From IMG/VR virus record IMGVR_UViG_3300037843_000309: a stretch of DNA of 64,000 nt; one strand, 5' to 3'. Below are positions 37,520 to 47,519 of the stretch, piece by piece. Within the stretch, counting starts at the first letter, position 1. Each line of letters opens with the position of its first letter. The notes below the pieces were generated by a model. The model was given only the letters and a program-made list of their open reading frames with translations, was not told the origin of the DNA and made no database searches. A program made the translations under genes and the position numbers. The stretch is from an uncultured virus (IMG/VR IMGVR_UViG_3300037843_000309). Taxonomy: Duplodnaviria; Heunggongvirae; Uroviricota; Caudoviricetes.

Positions 37520-38041
37520 TCAATCCTCCTCGGGTAACATGATCGTGATGACAGGCTCCGGGGTGTCTCCGGGCCCGCACACGGCTTTGAGTGTTATGGT
37601 TTCCTGGCAGGCGCGATTGATGCGCTTGCCCTTTATCCGTACCCAGTTCCGCACACTCACCTTGAAATAAAGCAACTCTCCCCCGCGTTTCGCGGCCAAT
37701 TTGAACATATAAAGCACATCCCAAAGTCGGCCGCTAAGGTCCTGGCAGGGCGGCAGCGGTTCGTCAAGAGCCTGGACGGTGCGGGAGAACGCTGCAATGG
37801 TCATGGCCACGGGATACTTGATTCCCACTTCCTTGAGAATTTGCAGGTTCGGACGGAAGGTAAAAGACGGGTCAGTAAGGTCAACCAAAACTCCGTCCTC
37901 GATAGCTTGGGCGCGGCTGTAACTCGAAATGATGTCGGCATCCGTCCAGAATGGCGGTTCGGGATCTCCGCAGGCTTCCCCTCGCGCGCCTTCATCGGTC
38001 TGCCAGAATCGCGGGTCAGTCGGTAGCAATTCGTTTCCCAT
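37520..38041 (-). CDS. DUF6573-like protein
   Basis: ISSYSRAQAIEDGVLVDL...GRLWDVL...GPGDTPEPVITIMLPEED. Confidence 0.7.
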   Translation of the reverse strand: MGNELLPTDPRFWQTDEGARGEACGDPEPPFWTDADIISSYSRAQAIEDGVLVDLTDPSFTFRPNLQILKEVGIKYPVAMTIAAFSRTVQALDEPLPPCQDLSGRLWDVLYMFKLAAKRGGELLYFKVSVRNWVRIKGKRINRACQETITLKAVCGPGDTPEPVITIMLPEED

Positions 38042-38559
38042 CGGTTTCTGTCTCCTCTCGGTCGTTGGCTGCTGCTGATTTGGCGTCAGGCGGCAGCGGT
38101 TTGGCGTGCAAGGTGCATGGGCATCCGTTGTACCCTGGCCGGAGCTTCATATCGCCTAACAGGTCGTCAATGCAGGTCATCGGTGTAACTCCGTGCCGGC
38201 TTGTCGGCTAGATTGCTGTGAGCACTGGCAAATAACGGCCAGCTTCGCGGATGATACGCGCGTACTGGTCGTAAGGGATATTGCAGGTAATCGAAAAACC
38301 GGAATTCTGCCACGGCGCCGGCAGGTCGTAGCTTGTGGCCTTCATGCTTCCGGGTTTGTGGTAAACGTAAAGATCCTCCCATCGGCCTTGCCGGCTCATT
38401 TCGCGGGCTTCCTTTTCGGCGTCATGGGCTGCTCTTTCAACCATTGTCGAGAATTCGACTTCCCACGGTTTCGGCATCTTACTATCCTCCTCGGCGGTAG
38501 CCGTCACATCTAACTCACTCCCGCCCACGCCAAGAGGAGCCGGACGCGGGCGGCAGGGG

Positions 38560-39327
38560 TTAGGCGAGTACAGGCGCCAGCACGCAACGGGAAAGCAAAT
38601 AACTCCCATCGGCGGGCGGGTAGCTCTCGGCGGTAACAAAATGCTCCTTGTGGTCGGCGGTCGTGACTTTGACTTGCCCATCGTGGCCCGGTTCGACTGT
38701 GCTTCCCCAGATTCCGATTGCCGAAATAATGAAGTCGGGATCATGTGCAGCTCGGCGGCGGTCGCGGTCCTGGGAGTCAAGGAACTTGGCGTATCCGTCC
38801 GGGTCCGGTTCGATTCCCCTGTTAATCAGGTACTGTGCGTCCCACATTGAAATAGTGTGGAGGAGTCGCGCGTCGGCAACTAACTCCTGGTCGGACAATT
38901 CCAGCTTCGCCTTGAGCGCAGCCACGCGGCGAGGAGCCTGGTCAACCATTTCGGGATAGTTCCCCGCAGGTCGTTCGATAATCCGTTGCCAGTCCTTCAG
39001 GTCCTGCTCACGACTGGCGCGAAGCCACTGGGGACACTCGAAAAACGGGATTGCGTACTTGCAATCCTCCTCGTAAGCGTACCAGAACACCCCGGAGTAA
39101 TTGCAGAGCATACCCTCGTTGCGTGCTTCGGCGGTGAGCGAAACCTCGGCCACTTCGGAATGAACCATTAACCCACCGTGGCCCGGAGTCGAAACCCAAT
39201 AGACGCCATCAGCGAGCCGTTCACGGGTTTGGATGTTGTCCCACGGGCTGTAAGTCGGACTCGGATATTTTGCTTTTTCTCTCACTAGATTCCCTCCCTC
39301 GTCAGATTGCCAGTGCAGGTGCTGCAC
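38560..39327 (-). CDS. DUF7007-like protein
   Basis: SPW..Q...ADGVYWVSTPGHGG...YEEDC. The true start may be the GTG near 39285. Confidence 0.6.
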   Translation of the reverse strand: MQHLHWQSDEGGNLVREKAKYPSPTYSPWDNIQTRERLADGVYWVSTPGHGGLMVHSEVAEVSLTAEARNEGMLCNYSGVFWYAYEEDCKYAIPFFECPQWLRASREQDLKDWQRIIERPAGNYPEMVDQAPRRVAALKAKLELSDQELVADARLLHTISMWDAQYLINRGIEPDPDGYAKFLDSQDRDRRRAAHDPDFIISAIGIWGSTVEPGHDGQVKVTTADHKEHFVTAESYPPADGSYLLSRCVLAPVLA

Positions 39328-40308
39328 TGGGATTTCTAAACCCTCACGTCATCCCCCGCTGTCTCAGGTCGGAGGATGATGCCGGGGTTTAGCCCGGATC
39401 CATAACACCACCTCCCTTCAGTACGGATCGAACCCGCAAGCCTCAGCGCAACGGTCCTCGTAAGCACGGTTCCCACACTCACGATCCTCGGCACTGGCAT
39501 TGTCCGAGCGGTCGAAGCAATCCTGACACCAGACAATCCACCGGCGCCCGGCGCGCTCGATGTGGCCTTCACCAGCCTTAACCGATTCCCCGCAAGAGTT
39601 ACACTTACCCGGATACCTATTTGCCATGATTCCCCCTCCTTTGAAGTTCTTTCAGTTTCCACTCAGCGTCTTCCCGGCGGTCGTAGTCGATACATGGAAC
39701 AGAAACAAGCCACGGCTCGCGCTCAGTCTTCCGTTAAACAACACGGTAAATCGTTTTCCCCCAGCAATCCAACTCCCGCACTTCCCGTTGCATAACTTCC
39801 CCCTTCTTAGTAGTATCCGTACCAATTCTCTGCACTCGGCGCAGCCAGATTCACAGAGCACGACAAGTCGGTTCCTATCTCCAATCCGTAGCTCGCCTCG
39901 TTACACAGGTCTCGTGTCCGCATTCCCGATTCAAACACCGAACCTTCAACCTGATAGCTTCGGCAACCTCGGCGCGCTTTGGCACGACGCAAGGCCACGG
40001 GTCTCCCAGCGACACAAACTTCTCGCCTATCTTCGCGTAAACCCATGTGTACGTTACCGTTCCGTACCGTCTCCGCTCGTAACTCAATTCCGGTAACTCG
40101 ATTGTCGCCGTTTTCGGTGCGCTCATTATATTCCCCTCTCTGATGGCTTTGGACGGTCGTGGAACGCTGGTCAAACCTCCGCGACTTCTCTCCACCAACC
40201 TCAACGTGTTGACTAGTAGCCACTTGCAGGCAGGTGGGGGAAGGCTGTTCCTTCCCCCTTCTGGTGGCAGGATGTTGAGGTGTGATGTAGTGGGCGTCCA
40301 TGGGTGTG

Positions 40309-40337
40309 AGTCTACGCCTGTTAATGGCTATTGTCAA
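40309..40337 (-). promoter_or_regulatory. Leftward early promoter
   Basis: TTGACA-17 bp-TAGACT on the - strand, heading the 25-kb leftward block. Confidence 0.6.
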
Positions 40338-40455
40338 GTGTTTTCTTTGGGGGTGATGAAGATATCTGTGGATAACTCACGGAAGGCGCATGGATAGCGG
40401 CTCCAGTCGAGGCCCGATTTCGGTAGTGCAGAGCCTGCACTGGCGGTAATCTCCC

Positions 40456-40516
40456 TTGACACCGTAGTACAACCGTAGTACAGTTTTCGGTGTTTCGTAG
40501 TACGTCCAGTAGTACA
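40456..40516 (+). promoter_or_regulatory. Rightward promoter overlapped by four GTAGTAC repeats (probable operator)
   Basis: TTGACA-17 bp-TACAGT. GTAGTAC at about 40464, 40475, 40497 and 40509, directly upstream of an RHH gene. Confidence 0.65.
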
Positions 40517-40533
40517 GGCTTGGAGGTGGATGA

Positions 40534-40950
40534 ATGGCGAAGGATAAGGTGTTGCAGTTCCGGGTGAGTGAGGTGCAGAGGGCAATCATCGTGTCGAACG
40601 CCAAGAGGGAAGGAGTATTGCTTTCCGACTTCCTTCTGAAGCGGGCCCTTGCTGGCGAGGTGCAAGTGGTGTCCCAATCGGTTCCAGATCGTGATCCAAA
40701 CCCGCAGGAGGCAGTATCAGCGCCAATCCCGGCGGCTCCGGCCGTCAATGTTCCTGGCATCATGCCCAGCGCCTACAACTGGTCGAAGCCGGAACTGTAC
40801 GAGCTGAAGGACCACGGCGAGAAGTGGAAGATAGTCCGGCACATCGAGCGCGGAGGATTCTTCCTCATTTGGGGGTTCAAGCAGTCCTTGCGGTTTGACT
40901 CCCTGGAGCAGGCTCAGGCTTACGTGGAAGAGAACTGGTCACAGGCTTAG
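40534..40950 (+). CDS. Ribbon-helix-helix (MobC/DUF1778-like) regulator
   Basis: KDKVLQFRVSEVQRAIIVSNAKREGVLLSDFLLKRAL. GGAGG RBS. Confidence 0.7.
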   Translation: MAKDKVLQFRVSEVQRAIIVSNAKREGVLLSDFLLKRALAGEVQVVSQSVPDRDPNPQEAVSAPIPAAPAVNVPGIMPSAYNWSKPELYELKDHGEKWKIVRHIERGGFFLIWGFKQSLRFDSLEQAQAYVEENWSQA

Positions 40951-40958
40951 GAGGGTTT

Positions 40959-41186
40959 ATGGCAGACAAGATATTCAGCAGCGCCACAGCTCCGCATGAG
41001 TCGGTCTGGTACGACAGATACGTGGCGTCCAAGGCGGGAAACCGCAAGTGGTGCCACGGCGACAAGACCATAACGCGAACCATATCGGACGGAAAAACGG
41101 TCAAGTGTCCCAGGTGCGACGGAACCGGAGACGAGCCAGACTTCGGGCCAGGCGGCGTGATGATGGTTCCCAATCACAACGCTTGA
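40959..41186 (+). CDS. Small Zn-ribbon protein
   Basis: KWCHG...CPRCDGTG. AGGAGG RBS. Confidence 0.5.
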   Translation: MADKIFSSATAPHESVWYDRYVASKAGNRKWCHGDKTITRTISDGKTVKCPRCDGTGDEPDFGPGGVMMVPNHNA

Positions 41187-41628
41187 CTCCCGCGGACCTC
41201 GGCGGTAGCATCGACCTTGCCGGGACGACCTGCCTTGTGGGGTGGTTGCCCGTTGACCTTTCCCCTCCTCCGTGCAACCTGTCAAGGTGGGAATCCCGGC
41301 GCGATTCGCGCTTGACTTCCCCCGATTCGCGGAGCATACTCCAACCCAAAGCAGACCGGTTCGAGGTGGCCTCGCCACCCATAGCCAAACGATAAACGTC
41401 TGATTCCCCCTTCCTCCCCCCTCGAGGCGCCGAACCGGCGCGCCTGGGGACAAGAGGATGCGCGGATGAAGGGCCTCCCCCCCGCGTTTTGGTTCCGCGA
41501 ATTGAACACGCTTGGCCCTAGCGGGCTGTCTGACGTTAAGAATCAATAATATATAAAAAATCAAGTATTTTCCGACTTGACACCAGAAACCCCTTTACAA
41601 ATTATAATATCGGATTATCATACCCCTT

Positions 41629-42372
41629 ATGGAAGAATGGCGAAAGATACCGGGGTACCCAGAATTTTACGAGGTATCGAATTGTGGGAATGTTCGGACG
41701 TGGCACCGGCATGGAACGAGCAAGTTGCCCCTTGATGAGCCGAGGTTAAAGTCGACACACCCAGATCAAAATGGGTATCGCGTGGTGAAGTTGTTTGTCA
41801 ACAAAAAGCGTGGGTATCACAAGGTGGGTAAATTGGTGTTGCTAGCGTTCGACGGACCCTGTCCGGAAGGATGCGAGATGTCGCACCTGTATGGGAAGGA
41901 TGACGAAAGGGTGGAGGCGCTGGTATGGGAGACACCAGAACAGAACCGGGAGCGGGAAGAGATGTGGCCGCGGCCGGGGAATTATGTGAACAGGCATCCC
42001 CTGAAAAAAATGAAAGTGGTGAGGCCAAGCGGAGAGGCTGAAAGGGAAAGAAGGAAGCGGCTGAAAGAGGCAGGATTGTGTCTGAGGTGTAGGAAGACAA
42101 GGAATTTGTATGCCAATTACTGTGATGTCTGCCAAGGAAAATTCAACGAGTACCAGAGGAAGAAGTCTGGGGGATCGGCATGGAAGCCTGGAAGTAGGGG
42201 TCGAGTTCCAAAGAGTTTTACGGGGAGCCACGTTACGCCGGCGCAGGCTGAGGCGCTGAAGTTGAAGGGTCGGGGTTTGAGTTACGCGCAGATTGCCGTG
42301 CGGCTCGGAATCAGTGAGGCGGCGGTTACCGACCGGGTGTATAAAGGGAGGAAGAATCAAAGGAGGGTATGA
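41629..42372 (+). CDS. NUMOD4/HNH-type endonuclease-like protein with C-terminal HTH
   Basis: EEWRKIPGYP.FYEVSNCGNVR (NUMOD4), degenerate HNH, GLSYAQIAVRLGIS. Confidence 0.75.
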   Translation: MEEWRKIPGYPEFYEVSNCGNVRTWHRHGTSKLPLDEPRLKSTHPDQNGYRVVKLFVNKKRGYHKVGKLVLLAFDGPCPEGCEMSHLYGKDDERVEALVWETPEQNREREEMWPRPGNYVNRHPLKKMKVVRPSGEAERERRKRLKEAGLCLRCRKTRNLYANYCDVCQGKFNEYQRKKSGGSAWKPGSRGRVPKSFTGSHVTPAQAEALKLKGRGLSYAQIAVRLGISEAAVTDRVYKGRKNQRRV

Positions 42373-42612
42373 TGCGAGAGCAATTCGAGTTGACGTGCAG
42401 GGGGTGCGGGAAGGTGACGGGGCACCGGCAGGTAGGGCATTTCGTGTCGGACGATCGGCACGATGCGAAGCTGGTGTACGGGTGCGAGGAGTGTGGGGTG
42501 GAGCGCGTGTGGGGGAGTGTGACGCTGTCGGAATTGAAGTTCGCGGAGCGGTTCATGCTGGGCCCGAAGGTGGAGCGGGTGGAGGGGTGGGAGTGGCTGA
42601 AGGAGGTGGGGT

Positions 42613-43668
42613 ATGCGGCAGCGGTGTGATGTGGCGCGGACGCCGGGGTGGGAGCGTCGGTTGTGGGAAAAGATTGCCGGCCCGCGGGTGGAGGTGGCGC
42701 CGGGCGAAGCGCGTGTCAGGGACGTCAACCGGGAGATGGTGGACCGGATGAAGATCTGGACGCCGGAGGGGTTGGTGGGACCGTGGACGTCAGATGAAGG
42801 TTGGGAGTGGGTACTTGACCAGGCGATTGAGAAGAGTTACTTTGCGTCGGCGCCACTGGATCTGAGCGGGTTGAACGAGTGGCTGGCCGCTCCGACCTAC
42901 CCATCGCTTGGCGGGATCAACAGTTCTATCCCATCACCCATTACAATGAAGCCTTGGAGCGTCGGCCTGTCTTCCCTGAACACGGCGATGATGTCATACA
43001 TTTATGGGGTTTTTAACCAGGCCTCGATGTACCCCAGGCCCACCATCGAAACCGAAGCCGAAATCCGCCGGCTGGAAGAAGAGAGGATCAGGAAGCGGGA
43101 AGAGGCGAAAGCGAAGTTCGATGCCGACGTGCTAGCGGCTAGGGAGTGGCCAGCGACGGAGGTTCCACGTGAAACCGTCGACCGGAAGTCGCCGGATTAT
43201 ACCGAGTGCCTGACGGGGTGGCGAACGTGGAAGGTGGAGGGAGGCAGGCTGAGTTCATCGGGAGTGGACTACGCCTGGTGCCCGGGGATCGCCATCCCAG
43301 CGGAGTGCAAACACGATTGGGGAGATAAGCACGACGCCCCGGTCAAGGATTGCGATTGTGGATACTACAGTTTCAAGACGCGAGAATTTATGGCGGGCTC
43401 GGTGCGCGAGATTCACGACATATTTGAAGCGTCCACCCTGGAAGAAGGCATGGGTATCGCTTTCGGCCCGGTGTACGTTTGGGGGCGTGTGGTTGAATGC
43501 GAAAACGGCTGGCGCAGCGAGTACGCCTATCCCAAAGAGATTTGGAGTTTCAACCCGGAGCATGTGAAGCTCGCGGCGCTGTACCGCGTCCCGTTCAAAA
43601 CGCCTCCATGCAAACTCGCGGTGCGCCATTCCTATGCCATAAAGAAACTACTTGACACCACATTCTGA
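42613..43668 (+). CDS. Hypothetical phage protein
   Basis: C-terminal TGWRTW...C....H.AP..C.CG.YS...WGRVVE...GWR motif. Start uncertain. Confidence 0.55.
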   Translation: MRQRCDVARTPGWERRLWEKIAGPRVEVAPGEARVRDVNREMVDRMKIWTPEGLVGPWTSDEGWEWVLDQAIEKSYFASAPLDLSGLNEWLAAPTYPSLGGINSSIPSPITMKPWSVGLSSLNTAMMSYIYGVFNQASMYPRPTIETEAEIRRLEEERIRKREEAKAKFDADVLAAREWPATEVPRETVDRKSPDYTECLTGWRTWKVEGGRLSSSGVDYAWCPGIAIPAECKHDWGDKHDAPVKDCDCGYYSFKTREFMAGSVREIHDIFEASTLEEGMGIAFGPVYVWGRVVECENGWRSEYAYPKEIWSFNPEHVKLAALYRVPFKTPPCKLAVRHSYAIKKLLDTTF

Positions 43669-43680
43669 TGGGTAGATACT
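43652..43680 (+). promoter_or_regulatory. sigma70-like promoter
   Basis: TTGACA-17 bp-GATACT. Confidence 0.55.
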
Positions 43681-45459
43681 CGGTTCGCGAGTGGGAGGGG
43701 ACGATGCAACTGGTCATTCACAATCTCAGGGAAAAGCAGATTTCGACGTCTCGTGGCCCATCGACTGTCGTGTCGTTCAAGAGCGGAGACATCTGGTATA
43801 GCGCATTCAAAGGGAGTTGGAACGCGGACTGGGCGGACGGGTTGGAGTTGGAGATACCCGACGATCGCATTAAGGTGACGACGAAGGGCGAGTACACCAA
43901 CCACAACATCCAAGCGCCACCGAAGGCGGAGCAGGACCTGAAGAAAAAACAGGAGATGGACCTGATTCTCAAGGGGATTGCGGAAATCTGGAAGGACGTC
44001 CAGCTCATCAAGCAGAAACTCGGCATCCCGTTGGTGACGAAATGACATTTTTAGGAGTTTGGCGGGTGTCGTTCAATACGCGCGCCGACGCCCCACTCGT
44101 CTGGTCGGTCTACCAGATGGGAACGAAGCGCGAGTTCATGGTGAAAGAAGTGGTGCTGGTGGGGGTGAACGCGCTCGCACTCTACCGCCCGGAGGCCGAC
44201 AACATCTCGGAGCCTCGGGCGTTCATCGAGGGGTACGGCCGCGTCACAATAGATAATGATATGGCCACAATTTGGCAGGCGGGAGGGTGAGATGTACCGA
44301 ATCACCGTAAACACTTTGGGGCCAGCGGCTTTGCACGAATTCACGGTAGATACCTACTCCAACGGATACCACAACTCGCTTACGATGCGGTCCTGGGAGG
44401 ACGTCGACCTCGTCATCCACGAATTCAACCCCCGCCATATAATAAAGGTTACGTACCGCCGATTGCCGGAGAAGCCCGATGCCACTCACTCTGGATGACC
44501 TCAACCGGCTGACGTTCAAGTACTTAGGCCGGAACATGAAGGTTAGGCGCCGTAAGTTCGAGAGCCACCGCCACTACTGTTTCCGGGTGAGCGCGGCGAT
44601 TTTTCAGAAATACCTCGACGACTCTGACAGCGGCGTGAAACTACTTAGTCAAAGGAAGAAGCGATAATGGCTGAACCCGACCCTGTCCCCACCGACCAAC
44701 TCTGCCCCGGGATCCGCGTCAAGCTGACGCAGGCGACCGCCTGCTCGCGCTTTCCAGAATCTCTTCACGGGTACCAAGAGTTCGACTCGGCGCGCCTGCC
44801 GCTTTCCGACCGCCACGCCATGCTGACGGCCTACTTCGAGGTGGTAGCCCCCGGAGAAATTGGGACGATAGTCGGCGTCCACAAATGGCCCGACCGGGTC
44901 GATTACCTGGTCGAGTACCCGAACGGACTTGCGTCCGTCGTCCCGCCCGAAGCGGTCGAGTTCCACGATTACGGAAACCTGATCCTTATCCGCATGCCAC
45001 CGGAGGGACTATGAATACCGAAAAGCCAAAATCGTTTTTCCAGACCCTTGTTGAAAACGCCAAAGAACGGCTCAAGAAGTTCAAGTTTGCCAACCCAATC
45101 GAAGCCTCCGCCGCAGCACTGGCGGTAGTGGAACAGGAAGCACGCCAGCTTCGGGCGCAGCACCTGCGCGGCTCGATGATGAAGAACCACATCCGCCGGC
45201 AGCGCGCCAAGACCCGCATGGAGCGCCGGAGCCGGGCAATCAACTTCGCGAAAGCGAGGGGGTGAGCATGAAAGCTGTATTCAGGAAGTGGAATGCCGAC
45301 ACCGGCGACCCCTGGCTCGTCATGGAAGATCAAGGCCAAATCATCGGCCTGAATGTCGAAGAGGCAAGGACGCTGGCGCTTGAAATCGTGGCGCGGACGT
45401 GGCACCAAGACATCGCCAGAGAGTTCCTCGAAAAAGCGCGCGCAGCTTCAAAATAACAC

Positions 45460-45488
45460 TTGACACCAAGTAATCGCGAGTCCATACT
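45460..45488 (+). promoter_or_regulatory. sigma70-like promoter heading the sugar-biosynthesis operon
   Basis: TTGACA-17 bp-CATACT. Confidence 0.6.
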
Positions 45489-45510
45489 ACTCGACGAAAA
45501 GGGGTGACCC

Positions 45511-46071
45511 ATGGGAAAAAAGAAAGTCAACTTCCGCTTGATTGTCCAGCCCGATGAACCCTACGAAGTCCTGCGAGAGGCGCTCAAATTCCACGACGAC
45601 CTGCGCGGATGCCAAATCGCCATGGCGTGGCGCATGCGCACCAAGGAAGATGTGGATGGACGCATTGTGCTCGGGAAGTGCGTCAAGGTTTCCGACCTCC
45701 AAAAGGAGTTCGCGGCCTTCGACTTCGTCATTGTGTTGAACCAAGAGTATTATTACTCATTCTCTGACGTTCAAAAACTTGCATTAGTAGACCATGAACT
45801 AATGCACGCGGCTCCCGCCATTGACGAGGAAACCGGCGATCAGGTTCATGACGAGCGCGGCAGGAAATGCTGGCGCATCCGTAAGCACGACCTCGAAGAG
45901 TTCTGCGATGTGGTCAGTCGCCATGGACTCTACAAGCGCGACCTTGAACGCTTCGCGGCGGTGGTTCGTGCCGCATCGAAGCAGACCGCCACTCTCTTTG
46001 ACAAGAAACCGGAAGAGTCTCCGGTATCGAAGCCCACCATCCAAGAGGAAGCCAAGGGGCCGATTCAGTAG
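45511..46071 (+). CDS. Phage putative metallopeptidase
   Basis: LGKCVK...DFVIVLN...ALVDHELMH...IRKHDLEEF..VV.RHG. Confidence 0.8.
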   Translation: MGKKKVNFRLIVQPDEPYEVLREALKFHDDLRGCQIAMAWRMRTKEDVDGRIVLGKCVKVSDLQKEFAAFDFVIVLNQEYYYSFSDVQKLALVDHELMHAAPAIDEETGDQVHDERGRKCWRIRKHDLEEFCDVVSRHGLYKRDLERFAAVVRAASKQTATLFDKKPEESPVSKPTIQEEAKGPIQ

Positions 46072-46096
46072 TGCAGCACCTGCACTGGGAGGGGCG

Positions 46097-46309
46097 ATGA
46101 CACCAGGAAGCTGGGCAATAAAATTTATTGCCGACATCCTTCGAGAGTCACGTCGAGATCGAGACGGACAATACAGGGCGTCTATCGACGTGTATAAGAG
46201 AACCGCTATCCGTCATTTCGGGAAGGAAGTTAAAAGTCTTGAGCGGAAGATGGTTCGAACCTATCAACAAGGGAGAGCATCCGGGTGGGCTGACCGGTCA
46301 AGAATATGA
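46097..46309 (+). CDS. Small hypothetical protein
   Basis: GGAGG RBS directly after a palindrome copy. ATGA overlap with the next gene. Confidence 0.45.
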   Translation: MTPGSWAIKFIADILRESRRDRDGQYRASIDVYKRTAIRHFGKEVKSLERKMVRTYQQGRASGWADRSRI

Positions 46310-47073
46310 CAGAACCAAAAATCTCGTTGATTCACACCACGGTCAGGCCGGAGCGCTACTTCCGCATGGCGGAGTGTTGGGCGCGGCGAGCCGATAACCC
46401 CTCGATCGTCGAGCATTGCTTCACCTACGTCCCTTCGGCGTTTGAGGGGGTTGAGGTGAAGAGTCCCTTCGCAAACTTCCTGCACGCTCCCGACCGCGAG
46501 CCGGGAGACCCTGTTCGGCCATCGCTTGTGCAGGCGACCAATAAGGCGGCGGGGTTCTCGACGGGGAAATTCCTTGTCCTCACCTGCGACGACCTTTTCC
46601 CGCCCAAGCACTGGGATACCGACGTGCTCGCGGCGATTGGCGACCTCGATCAACCCAAAGTGTTGTGGGTGCGCAACGTGGCCTACGTCCCTCAGGGGTA
46701 CGTGACGCTGTGGCACCACCTCATCTGCCAGCCCATGATGACACGCTCCTACTACCAGCGCTACGGGTACTTCGTCCCCCCTTGGTACCTTGCCCGCTAC
46801 ACCGACATGGAGTTTACGGTGCAGGCGCAGCGCGACAATGTTATCGTTGACATGCGGGAGAAGTTGCTTTTCGAGCATCAGGACTCTCACCCGGCCTATG
46901 AGCCCGACGACACGTACCGCGAAGCGTGGGCGCAGCGCGTGAAGCCACAGGACGAGTTCGATTGCTCGACGTACCATGCTCGGGCGGCGAAGAATTTTCC
47001 GAGGGAGTGGCCAATCCCAACGCTAGCAGGGTTCGATGTCAGTGCAGCACCTGCACAGGAGGTGAAGGCGTGA
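46306..47073 (+). CDS. GT2-like glycosyltransferase
   Basis: KISLIHTT.RP, ATNKAA...G.FLVLTCDDLFPP..WD, Y.DME, FEH..HP. Confidence 0.75.
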   Translation: MTEPKISLIHTTVRPERYFRMAECWARRADNPSIVEHCFTYVPSAFEGVEVKSPFANFLHAPDREPGDPVRPSLVQATNKAAGFSTGKFLVLTCDDLFPPKHWDTDVLAAIGDLDQPKVLWVRNVAYVPQGYVTLWHHLICQPMMTRSYYQRYGYFVPPWYLARYTDMEFTVQAQRDNVIVDMREKLLFEHQDSHPAYEPDDTYREAWAQRVKPQDEFDCSTYHARAAKNFPREWPIPTLAGFDVSAAPAQEVKA

Positions 47074-47519
47074 GAATTTACGTGGCTAGTTCATGGCGAA
47101 ACACCTTCCAACCTTCGGTTGTCGCGGCGTTGCGCTACGACGGACATGAGGTTTACGACTTCATGGATTCCGAGGGTTTCCATTGGACAGAGGTTGACCC
47201 CGACTGGAAGGCTTGGCCCAGCGACATTTCCAAGTACCTTTCGGGATTGAGCCATCCATGCGCCGAGCGGGGATTCGATCGCGACATGACCGCGCTTCGA
47301 GAGTGTGAGGCGTGCGTCTACGTGATGCCTTGCGGGGTTTCGGCAAGTTGGGAAGCGGGATGGGCGAAGGGCGCGGGAAAGCCAGTCTTCGTTTACGTTC
47401 CGGGATTGCGTGAACCCGACCTCATGGTGAAGATGGCAGACCTCGTTACCAATGACCTAAGCATTATCCGTGAACTCCTGAAATTCAATTCAGTTCCTGC
47501 ACAGACGGAGACAAAATGA
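47070..47519 (+). CDS. Nucleoside 2-deoxyribosyltransferase/NMP glycosylase-like protein
   Basis: RIYVASSWRN...GHEVYDF...GFDRDMTAL...PCGVSASWEAGWA.G.GKPV. GTG start after an AGGAGG RBS. Confidence 0.7.
   Translation: MRIYVASSWRNTFQPSVVAALRYDGHEVYDFMDSEGFHWTEVDPDWKAWPSDISKYLSGLSHPCAERGFDRDMTALRECEACVYVMPCGVSASWEAGWAKGAGKPVFVYVPGLREPDLMVKMADLVTNDLSIIRELLKFNSVPAQTETK

Noticed and set aside
45155..45169. GCGCAG-CAC-CTGCGC and other partial matches (8838, 47487, 29522) as extra palindrome copies
   Set aside because: Each has two or more mismatches to the core and could arise by chance in GC-rich coding DNA, so they were not counted.
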